From Syntrophomonadaceae bacterium (GTDB taxonomy: Bacteria > Bacillota > Syntrophomonadia > Syntrophomonadales > Syntrophomonadaceae): 24,000 bases of DNA. Position 1 is the first letter of the stretch; each line of letters opens with the position of its first letter. The DNA lies in assembly GCA_034927445.1 (NCBI GenBank), contig JAYFPZ010000003.1, forward strand, positions 128,974 to 152,973. Direction: 5' to 3'. Below the pieces are notes generated by a model, which made no database searches, was not told where the DNA came from, and worked only from the letters and a program-made list of their open reading frames with translations. A program made the position numbers and the translations under genes. Below are positions 17,234 to 24,000 of this stretch, in pieces.

Positions 17234-17814
17234 GGCTGCTCTCCTTTCCGGGCTACAACCCGTACCTGATAGGGTGAAATATTTAACAGCGTGGTGGTGG
17301 CATCGGTAAGCTGTTCCTTAACTCTGCTGTCCTGTGCTCCTTCCGCCACCACCAGCACCCCCACCACCTGGGGAGCACTGTCTTCCACCAATAGCGCCGA
17401 CCCACCGGATATGGCTATATCACTGCTCTGGTTCTCCTCGATTATTGTCCTGGTACCACTGCTGCTGGCTGATTCCTTAGTTTCCCGTTTATCATCCTTG
17501 GTATTGCGGGCATAACTTTTGAGCCCGTCCGAACTCAGGGTAATGCTCACCTGTACTTGTCCGGCGCCATCCACCTGCGCAAGAATAGCCTCCAACTCGG
17601 CGGCCAAATCAGCCTTGGCCTGGACCACTCCTACCTCGGTCTGCAGGGCGGAAGCCGTTGTTTCCACCGGGGAATTGCTTTTCTGCGGCCACAAAATAGT
17701 TAGCAGCCCCAGGCAAATAACTATGGCTACAGTCAGGTAGTTAGCCTTTTTACCCCAGCTTCCCCAGAGACCCTTTTCAGAACTCGAAACTTTCCTTTTC
17801 CATTCATCCAACAC
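17230..17814 (-). CDS. spoIIIAG: Stage III sporulation protein AG
   Basis: 194 aa; N-terminal TM, ELEAILAQVDGAGQVQVSITL, GVLVVAEGAQDSRVKEQLTDATTTLLNISPYQVRV. Confidence 0.93.
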   Translation of the reverse strand: MLDEWKRKVSSSEKGLWGSWGKKANYLTVAIVICLGLLTILWPQKSNSPVETTASALQTEVGVVQAKADLAAELEAILAQVDGAGQVQVSITLSSDGLKSYARNTKDDKRETKESASSSGTRTIIEENQSSDIAISGGSALLVEDSAPQVVGVLVVAEGAQDSRVKEQLTDATTTLLNISPYQVRVVARKGEQP

Positions 17815-17817
17815 CGC

Positions 17818-18402
17818 TTAACCCCCCTCAAAAATAATCTCTATATCTTCAGCCTTCATGCCATACAGATTGCCCATAACCTGCTGTATTTTAAGCTCGA
17901 TTTGTTCACGTTCAGCTGAACTCAACTCCTCCAAGCCATTGGAAAATACATCTACCTGATCGTTCTCATCCCGGCTGCTGTTTGCACCCGGCCTCACCAT
18001 TAACTTTACTTTTGCCGGACTGCCGTTCCGGTCTACCTCAAGCTCGGTCTGCACCTCCCCGACTCCCGGGACCAACAGGGCTACAGCCGATATTTGTCCC
18101 TCCATTTTCTCTTTCATAATGGCGTTGCTCTGATCCATAATTTGCTGCTCAATTTTTTGACCGCCATCGGTTATAGCTTGAGTGTTTTTCTCAGCAACAC
18201 TGTCATCCCAGACGGAGACCTGAAAACTCTTGTCATCGTAAATATAACTCAAGGCGGGATTCAATATGGCAATTAAGAGAAATAGCCCTATAGCGAATCG
18301 TACAAACGGTTTTATGTTGCCCTCGGGAAGCATGATCTCCAGAAAACTGGACATGATTATTATCACCAACAGATTTCTGACTATCTCGGCGATTATATCC
18401 AT
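17818..18402 (-). CDS. spoIIIAF: Stage III sporulation protein AF
   Basis: 194 aa; two N-terminal TMs, SSFLEIMLPEGNIKPFVRFAIGLFLLIAILNP. Confidence 0.93.
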   Translation of the reverse strand: MDIIAEIVRNLLVIIIMSSFLEIMLPEGNIKPFVRFAIGLFLLIAILNPALSYIYDDKSFQVSVWDDSVAEKNTQAITDGGQKIEQQIMDQSNAIMKEKMEGQISAVALLVPGVGEVQTELEVDRNGSPAKVKLMVRPGANSSRDENDQVDVFSNGLEELSSAEREQIELKIQQVMGNLYGMKAEDIEIIFEGG

Positions 18403-18413
18403 GTAACCCCTCC

Positions 18414-19610
18414 TTAGCGCAGCATGGTCAGGTTGTTAGACATACCGGCTAAAATAGTGATCATAATAAAGAACATAAATCCCACCGAAGCGGTGGCTGC
18501 CATCAGCAGCATCAGGTGCGTGCTCATGACCTCCAGAATGGCCGCGGTTTTATGGTCTCCCATCGGTTCGACGATAGCTCCCACCAGCTTATAGATCAGA
18601 CCCAGGGCCGCTATTTTTATAATGGGGAAAATAATAATTCCCATAATAATCAGAACCCCGAATATGCCCATAGCATCCTTTAACATGACCACATATCCGG
18701 CCGCCACCTCAATCGTATCCCCCACCATCTTGCCGACCACGGGGATGGCGTTGTCAGTTATAAAACGAGTGGTGCGCAGAGCTACTTTGTCCAAAACCGA
18801 CGCGTAGAGTGCCCTCAAGGTAACCAGGCCCACAAAAATCGTAAGGAAGAAACCCAATGATATCTGGGCGATCTGGGTGCAAAACTTGGCCATTCGCTCA
18901 ACCTTGACGGTTTCTGAAACATGGTTGGCCAGACTGAGCAGGGCCGACATAATTATCAAAGGAAACACGATTACCTTAATGGCATGGGCAAAGGCGGAAG
19001 CCGCCGTCATCAGTATCGGAAAAAGCATCGCGGCTGAATTCACATTGCCGAGACCGGCGACCAGCATCATCATAGGCGGCAGCATACTGACCATAAAATC
19101 AGCCATATTGTCTATAGTCTGATGCCCTATACTCAGCGCTACTTTAAAGGACCCCAAAGCCAAGGCGCATAAAGCCAGGAAACAGACCATATAGGATATC
19201 TTGCCTACCCCCGTTCCGAAAGAACTCTGGAGATTTATCAATAAAGCGGACAGCACCGATAAGATGATTAATTTGGATAAAAGACTGGAATTAGCTACTA
19301 TTTCCTTGAACAGATAGCGGATCAGTCCCTCGGCTACCTGTTTAAAATCAAGCTTCCAGTTGCCTTGGGCAAAATCAGCCATCCATTCCTTTACCGACTT
19401 GTTCTGCAGGAAAAGGTTCTCCTCTCCGTCCATCTGGCTCTTAAACTCTTCCAGGGACTGAAGATCCAGGTTGTCCATGGCATCCTGCCAGGAAAAAGCC
19501 GGTTCGCTTTCATCGGCGGGGGCGGCTGCCGTATATCCCGGCAGGCCCAGCACCACTACCAGCATGATAAAAACTATGCTTAATCTTCTCACCTGCAACA
19601 ACTCGCTCAT
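18414..19610 (-). CDS. spoIIIAE: Stage III sporulation protein AE
   Basis: 398 aa; multi-TM protein with LLINLQSSF, MVSMLPPMMMLVAGLG, ATSVGFMFFIMITILAG; operon context. Confidence 0.95.
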   Translation of the reverse strand: MSELLQVRRLSIVFIMLVVVLGLPGYTAAAPADESEPAFSWQDAMDNLDLQSLEEFKSQMDGEENLFLQNKSVKEWMADFAQGNWKLDFKQVAEGLIRYLFKEIVANSSLLSKLIILSVLSALLINLQSSFGTGVGKISYMVCFLALCALALGSFKVALSIGHQTIDNMADFMVSMLPPMMMLVAGLGNVNSAAMLFPILMTAASAFAHAIKVIVFPLIIMSALLSLANHVSETVKVERMAKFCTQIAQISLGFFLTIFVGLVTLRALYASVLDKVALRTTRFITDNAIPVVGKMVGDTIEVAAGYVVMLKDAMGIFGVLIIMGIIIFPIIKIAALGLIYKLVGAIVEPMGDHKTAAILEVMSTHLMLLMAATASVGFMFFIMITILAGMSNNLTMLR

Positions 19611-19616
19611 TCGTTA

Positions 19617-20006
19617 TTATCCGGGCATAAGTTCCATAAGGGATTCTAAAATGGCTACCAGGATAGGCAAGGCCATTACGGCTATGATTATCTTGGCAGC
19701 AAATTCGATTTTCTTGGCCACCGCTTGTTCGCCGGCATCCTGGCATATCACCGCAGCAAACTCCCCCAAATAGGCTACCCCCATAATTTTCAGGATAGTT
19801 CCCAAAAAGAAGTTGTTAATCCCTGCTCTCCGGGTGAGTTCCTGCATAACCTCAATTATGGATGCCAGTTTTCCCATCATGGATAGAAATACCACCACCC
19901 CGAATACGAGGCTTAAAAGAATGGCCATGACCGGTTTCTCCTGCCTTAATACCAGCAGAAATATGGTGGTAATTATGGCTAGTCCAATGACTTGAGTGAT
20001 TTCCAT
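19617..20006 (-). CDS. spoIIIAD: Stage III sporulation protein AD
   Basis: 129 aa; MEITQVIGLAIITTIFLLVLRQEKP..., ILKIMGVAYLGEFAAVICQDAGEQAVAKKIEFAAKIIIAVMALPI. Confidence 0.95.
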   Translation of the reverse strand: MEITQVIGLAIITTIFLLVLRQEKPVMAILLSLVFGVVVFLSMMGKLASIIEVMQELTRRAGINNFFLGTILKIMGVAYLGEFAAVICQDAGEQAVAKKIEFAAKIIIAVMALPILVAILESLMELMPG

Positions 20007-20036
20007 AGCCTTGGCCCCCTCCCAGCGCCAGTTGTT

Positions 20037-20231
20037 CTAGAGATTAAATACCGAACGCACCGTAGTGAAGAGCTGGTTCATCAGCTGCACCACCATAATC
20101 AGTACGATAACTACGCCGGCCAGAGTCAGCATTTCTGCCTGCTCCTGTTTCTGGGCCTGTTTCAAGACTATACATAACACCGATATCAGAATACCTATAC
20201 CGGCTATGCGAAAGAGTATATCAATATTCAT
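20037..20231 (-). CDS. spoIIIAC: Stage III sporulation protein AC
   Basis: 64 aa; MNIDILFRIAGIGILISVLCIVLKQAQKQEQAEMLTLAGVVIVLIMVV. Confidence 0.96.
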   Translation of the reverse strand: MNIDILFRIAGIGILISVLCIVLKQAQKQEQAEMLTLAGVVIVLIMVVQLMNQLFTTVRSVFNL

Positions 20232-20358
20232 CCCGCTCCCCCTCTCAGTGGATGTGTTTCGACGATTCCATACATACTAATTGGTTAACCCTTGACTCAA
20301 CATTCATATGCAGAGCGAATACAATTTAGGTATGGTCGGTAGATTAATTTGCGCAAGT

Positions 20359-20883
20359 TTATAACAATAACAGAACTACCGTAGCGCCTAATATAAAGCC
20401 GCCGTAGGAACGCAGCTTGCGCCCGGATTCCGCCTCCCGGCGGGCCCGTTCTTCCTGAATGCTCAAATGCTCCTGAATCATAGTGAAAAGCCTTTTCTGC
20501 TCTTCTGCCCCCGACATGCCCATCTGGGAGGAAACCGAATGCAAGACTATGATATCGTCATTATTTAGGTCAGATTGGCGGCGCAGGTTGGACAGGCTTT
20601 GCGACCAGGCTTCATGGATGGTTATTCCCTGCCGGTCCCGCAGGTTGCGGCTGCAATCCTCAAAAAGCCTGCTGGCAGGTGCCGGTATGCATTCAGCGGC
20701 TCGCGCCATAGCCAGGGACAGGGGGGTATGTAAATAGGTGATCTCTTTTTCCAGGAAACGCATGGCTAAGCGGATGTTTTTTATCTGTTCCACGCGCTTA
20801 TCCATACTGCCGGCACTCATTAAACCATAGCTGCCGAACCCGGAAATTATAAAAACCGCACCCACAATCTTTAACCACAGCAT
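20359..20883 (-). CDS. spoIIIAB: Stage III sporulation protein AB
   Basis: 174 aa; LKIVGAVFIISGFGSYGLM, LRMAMRFLEKEITYLHTPL-type sequence, C-terminal GGFILGATVVLLLL. Confidence 0.93.
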   Translation of the reverse strand: MLWLKIVGAVFIISGFGSYGLMSAGSMDKRVEQIKNIRLAMRFLEKEITYLHTPLSLAMARAAECIPAPASRLFEDCSRNLRDRQGITIHEAWSQSLSNLRRQSDLNNDDIIVLHSVSSQMGMSGAEEQKRLFTMIQEHLSIQEERARREAESGRKLRSYGGFILGATVVLLLL

Positions 20884-21839
20884 AATTCATCCCACCTGAC
20901 TACCTGTTCAATGGTCCCCGGCCCGTAACGCCGCGACAGTACAATCAGAGTTTCAAAGGTATGGGTTGTCAATAATTCGCGCAATACCGGACGTTTTTGA
21001 ACTTCATCCAGATTGCGGGCATGTACGCTGGTTACCACTGCTACCCCGGCGTTTACGCAGGCCCGGATCGCTTCTATATCTTCCTGGCGCCCGATCTCAT
21101 CGGTAATCAAAACATGCGGAGCCAGAGAACGAATGGCCATAATCATCCCTTTGGCTTTGGGGCAGGAATCCAGGACATCGGTACGCGGCCCCAGATCCAT
21201 CTGGGCTCTGCCCTGATAGGTCCCGGCCAACTCCGAGCGTTCGTCTATAACCGTTACGTTGCAGCCCCGCCCCCGTTTGGTGCCCTGGGAAAGGTGACGG
21301 GCTACATCACGTAATATGGTGGTTTTGCCGCACCGGGGGGCCGATATAAAAAGTGTATTCACCGGCGCCAGGTCCTGCGGGTAAATATAGGCCATAACCG
21401 CCTGGGAGCAGCCCTTGACCTCCCGGGCAATGCGAAAAGCGATTCCGGAGAAATCCTTGATCGTCTGTATCCCCGAGCTGCCCAGGACCACCTGCCCGGC
21501 CAGTCCCACCCGGTGTCCCCCTGGAATAGTAATAAAGCCGCGGCTTATTTCTTCCTCAAAGGCATACAGGGAGTTATCACTGATAGCTGCAATACTGCGG
21601 TAGATATCGTCTGAGTTTACCAGGTAACCCCGGCTCAGCTCCTCCTGCATTCTGCCGTATTCATCCAGGCCATAATCCCGGTCTCCTATTCGCAAAGCCA
21701 GGGGCTGGCCGCAGCGCAGGCGGATTTCCTCCAAACCCTTGAAATATTCGGATGACATGCTCAACAGCATTTGTTTAATATGCAGAGACAGGAAAGGAAG
21801 GATGTCCTTTTTAATAATGCCCTCATCGCTTGCCGCCAT
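20871..21839 (-). CDS. spoIIIAA: Stage III sporulation protein AA (secretion ATPase-like)
   Basis: ORF 20871..21893; ATG 21839 with GGTGG upstream. LEEIRLRCGQPL, Walker A ISAPRCGKTTILRDVAR, VTVIDERSELAG, VLITDEIGRQEDIEAI. Confidence 0.95.
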   Translation of the reverse strand: MAASDEGIIKKDILPFLSLHIKQMLLSMSSEYFKGLEEIRLRCGQPLALRIGDRDYGLDEYGRMQEELSRGYLVNSDDIYRSIAAISDNSLYAFEEEISRGFITIPGGHRVGLAGQVVLGSSGIQTIKDFSGIAFRIAREVKGCSQAVMAYIYPQDLAPVNTLFISAPRCGKTTILRDVARHLSQGTKRGRGCNVTVIDERSELAGTYQGRAQMDLGPRTDVLDSCPKAKGMIMAIRSLAPHVLITDEIGRQEDIEAIRACVNAGVAVVTSVHARNLDEVQKRPVLRELLTTHTFETLIVLSRRYGPGTIEQVVRWDELCCG

Positions 21840-21928
21840 AATTTCACCACCTTTTGTTAATAGGGAGATTCGTTGTAATACTTCTTGCGGCATTTCCAGA
21901 TCACTTAATAAATATTGGACTTGGCACT

Positions 21929-21956
21929 AAAATATGCCAATTATTGAAATGTTTAC
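21929..21956 (-). promoter_or_regulatory. Candidate sigma-E-type promoter for spoIIIA operon
   Basis: Minus strand GTAAAC (21956-21951) - N14 - CATATTTT (21936-21929), resembling the mother-cell sigma-E pattern; its -10 lies inside the dyad TTGGCA-N8-TGCCAA (21921-21940). Confidence 0.4.
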
Positions 21957-22056
21957 GGGACTTTTGCCCCATAAATAATAAGGCAATCCCAAGGTATTTC
22001 CTTAAGGCCAAGGGGAATCTAAACAAACGTCCCTTGTCCACAATTTAATGGATTGA

Positions 22057-22084
22057 TTGACAAATAAAAGTTATATAATATAAT
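22057..22084 (+). promoter_or_regulatory. Near-consensus vegetative promoter (TTGACA-N16-TATAAT)
   Basis: TTGACA at 22057-22062, TATAAT at 22079-22084, 16-bp spacer. Confidence 0.7.
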
Positions 22085-22103
22085 TATATTATATAACTTT
22101 TAT
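22064..22103. promoter_or_regulatory. Perfect 40-bp palindrome, candidate operator
   Basis: ATAAAAGTTATATAATATAATTATATTATATAACTTTTAT reads identically on both strands and covers the spacer and -10 of the promoter. Confidence 0.7.
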
Positions 22104-22109
22104 CAAACT

Positions 22110-22275
22110 ACTCTTAGAGACCTCTTCCTCTATAGATGGGGGATAACCGATTTCTTCCTCAGGGGTAGTTCAACCCTGACTTAGGAAGCGTTTGATAAAA
22201 ACGCTGGCATGATGCCCACAAAAAGTGAAGAGAAGGCGCTATAGCGCCGCGTTTTGCGCGCAATTCGCGCAAGCG
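22110..22275 (+). promoter_or_regulatory. Long structured 5' leader of the MarR-like gene
   Basis: Several hairpins: CTTCCT/CAGGG...CCCTG/AGGAAG (22154-22188), GCGTTT-N5-AAACGC, GGCGCTATAGCGCC (22235-22248), TTGCGCG-N5-CGCGCAA (22254-22272), plus possible closing helix CTCTTC (22122-22127)/GAAGAG (22227-22232). Confidence 0.5.
22256..22271. repeat. 16-bp GC-rich near-palindrome GCGCGCAATTCGCGCA, copy 2
   Basis: Exact match to 16545-16560. Confidence 0.6.
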
Positions 22276-22297
22276 CTCATTGAATGAGGTGTTGCAT

Positions 22298-22759
22298 TTG
22301 CAAGAGACAGATACAAAATTGGTAAACAGTGTATTGGATGCGCTTGAGTGTGCTAAGGAAGCATTTATATTGATGCCACAGCTGCCTCCCCATATAAAAC
22401 CGGTTTATTGCCGCATTCTTAATGCTATTTATAAGCTTGGAAATTATAGCGATAATCTGCGCATTTCTGACATCAGCAGGATATCTGGATTGCTGCTTCC
22501 CAATGCGACAAAGTTTATCAATGAGATGGCTGAACTAAATATGGTTAAAAAATCCACTTCAGATTCTGACAAACGGGTTGTATTGGTCCAGGTGACTGAA
22601 TTGGGGGAGCAGTGTTATCAACAGTATGTTCTCCGCTTTATCGAAGGATTAGAGGAACAATTTTCCAAAATTGATAGAATCAATTGTTTAATCATGATTG
22701 ATACCATACACGAAGTATATCAAGCAATGCAAACAGTTTATAAAGAAAAAGAAATCTAA
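22298..22759 (+). CDS. MarR-family-like transcriptional regulator
   Basis: ORF 22280..22759; TTG 22298 (or 22292) after GAGG favoured. LRISDISRISGLLLPNATKFINEMAELNMVKKSTSDSDKRVVLVQVTELGEQC is a winged-helix with the MarR wing signature D.R...V.LT..G. Confidence 0.8.
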   Translation: MQETDTKLVNSVLDALECAKEAFILMPQLPPHIKPVYCRILNAIYKLGNYSDNLRISDISRISGLLLPNATKFINEMAELNMVKKSTSDSDKRVVLVQVTELGEQCYQQYVLRFIEGLEEQFSKIDRINCLIMIDTIHEVYQAMQTVYKEKEI

Positions 22760-22790
22760 AATCAGAACCGCAACAAAGGGAGAAAAAATT

Positions 22791-23285
22791 ATGTTTAAAG
22801 TAAATGATTATGTCGTCTATGGCTTAAAAGGAGTATGCCAGATTGTCTCTATCGGGAGAGACAATTTCAACAAAAATGATGAAACCAACTATTATTTCTT
22901 AAATCCGGTATCGAACGATAAAATGACGGTTATGGTCCCGGTAAACAATCCTAATATTATGATGAGACTTGTCATCACCAAAGAGGATGTTTTATCATTG
23001 ATCACAATGATGCCAGACCTTACCACCGCTTGGATTGATGATGATAAACAAAGAAATATTCATTTTAAAGCTACTCTTAAAACAGCAAATCCCAAAGAAT
23101 ACGTTAAAATTATTAAAGCTATATATCTCAAGAAAGAAGCAAGATCTGACATAGGCAAAACTCTCCCTAAAATGGACGAAGAAATACTACATACCGCAGA
23201 AATGCACTTATATCAGGAGTTTGCATTAGCTTTAAACATTTCACCCGAGGAAGTTGTTCCATATATTTTGAAGCATATTCCATAG
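22791..23285 (+). CDS. CarD/CdnL-like transcriptional regulator
   Basis: ORF 22698..23285; ATG 22791 after AAAGGGAG. MFKVNDYVVYGLKGVCQIVSIG...YYFLNPVSNDKMTVMVPVNN matches the CarD N-terminal RNAP-interacting domain. Confidence 0.88.
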   Translation: MFKVNDYVVYGLKGVCQIVSIGRDNFNKNDETNYYFLNPVSNDKMTVMVPVNNPNIMMRLVITKEDVLSLITMMPDLTTAWIDDDKQRNIHFKATLKTANPKEYVKIIKAIYLKKEARSDIGKTLPKMDEEILHTAEMHLYQEFALALNISPEEVVPYILKHIP

Positions 23286-23444
23286 GAAACAGGCAAGACC
23301 TTCCTTGGCTGCATCCCTGGCTTCATGTCGTTTAAAATTACCCGTTGGAATCAAATCATCGTGGTTGCAATTACTATATACTCAATTTAACAACCCCTTT
23401 TTATCAAATAAGCCTCCGACGCTTGCTCCCCTCAAAATTTGTCA

Positions 23445-23472
23445 TTGCTTGGTCACATTGGAGTGTTATAAT
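23445..23472 (+). promoter_or_regulatory. Candidate promoter for the ferredoxin-nitroreductase gene
   Basis: TTGCTT (23445-23450) - N16 - TATAAT (23467-23472), 75 nt before ATG 23548. Confidence 0.5.
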
Positions 23473-23547
23473 GTGGGGGACTCTTAATCCGCCAGTGATT
23501 AAAGCTTATAGATAGTCTCGCATTATGATTATAAGAGGAGGAAATCA

Positions 23548-24000
23548 ATGACTTTCTTGACAGTTGATCAGGATAAATGCAAACATGACGGTATTTGCGC
23601 CGCGGAGTGCCCCTCAAAAGTTATTGTATTCAGGCGGGATGATGCATTCCCCATCTCGGCCAAAGGAGCCGAAAGGTACTGCATTAAATGCGGTCATTGC
23701 ATGGCTGTCTGCCCTGCCGGCGCCATAACCGTAAGTACCTTGAATACCAAAAATTTTGTCCCGGTCAATCAGGCTTTGCTGCCCGGAACTGAACAGGTTG
23801 AGCATTTCTTAAAAGCACGGCGCTCAATTCGCACTTTTAAAGATAAAACCATTCATCATACCATCCTGGAAAAACTCCTTAGTATCGCTGCCTACGCCCC
23901 CTCCGGCCATAATAAGCAGCCGGTTAACTGGCTGGTTATTGAAGATAAAAACAGGGTAAAAAGCATTGCCGGATTCGTTATAGAATGGATGCGTTATATG
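23548..24000 (+). CDS. 2x[4Fe-4S] ferredoxin-domain nitroreductase family protein, N-terminal part (runs off the window)
   Basis: AGGAGG then ATG 23548; MTFLTVDQDKCKHDGICAAECPSKVIVFRRDD...YCIKCGHCMAVCPAGAI...ARRSIRTFKDK...IAAYAPSGHNKQPVNWLVI. Missing from the ORF track because no stop lies inside the window. Confidence 0.92.
   Translation, partial: MTFLTVDQDKCKHDGICAAECPSKVIVFRRDDAFPISAKGAERYCIKCGHCMAVCPAGAITVSTLNTKNFVPVNQALLPGTEQVEHFLKARRSIRTFKDKTIHHTILEKLLSIAAYAPSGHNKQPVNWLVIEDKNRVKSIAGFVIEWMRYM

Noticed and set aside
22104-22297. Tentative assignment of the MarR leader to a known riboswitch (c-di-AMP, fluoride, TPP, ZTP considered)
   Set aside because: The conserved core motifs I know for those classes were not present; left as an unclassified structured leader.
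1-24000. CRISPR arrays, tRNA/rRNA genes, integrases, toxin-antitoxin or restriction systems
   Set aside because: No regularly spaced repeats, cloverleaf-like tRNA, rRNA-like sequence or recognisable defence proteins were seen by eye.

Overview
This window looks like ordinary chromosome from an endospore-forming, probably anaerobic Firmicute (Clostridia/Peptococcales-like; this lineage is inferred from gene content). Left part: C-terminally truncated Tat-signal [NiFe]-hydrogenase small subunit (minus strand, absent from the ORF track because it runs off the edge), DsrE-like protein, class-V aminotransferase/cysteine desulfurase, and a GapN-like aldehyde dehydrogenase. Next is an AT-rich accessory patch (about 4.8-7.25 kb) with an ABC ATPase, two membrane permease-like subunits and, immediately upstream, an orphan SPASM-domain fragment. 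The fragment appears joined to the first 30 codons of a REP-associated/Y1-type transposase, and I read this as the wreck of a SPASM-type RiPP maturase locus. Middle and right: universal stress protein, then the conserved sporulation/housekeeping run in reverse orientation (ispA, xseB, xseA, folD, nusB, DUF2273, amaP, Asp23, accC, carboxyltransferase-BCCP fusion, spoIIIAH to spoIIIAA). Then come a MarR-like regulator, a CarD-like regulator and a ferredoxin-nitroreductase (partial). Most notable: (1) the SPASM remnant beside an intact ABC cassette; (2) an OadA/PycB-type carboxyltransferase fused to a complete AccB-like protein in the canonical accB slot, with a good internal Shine-Dalgarno and ATG that could yield stand-alone AccB; (3) a perfect 40-bp palindrome overlapping a near-consensus promoter upstream of a ~200-nt structured leader and the MarR-like gene; (4) a FolD homolog with eroded nucleotide-binding motifs; (5) a 16-bp GC-rich near-palindrome shared by the carboxylase and MarR leaders. 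I did not find a clearly novel intact multi-gene defence or mobile system.
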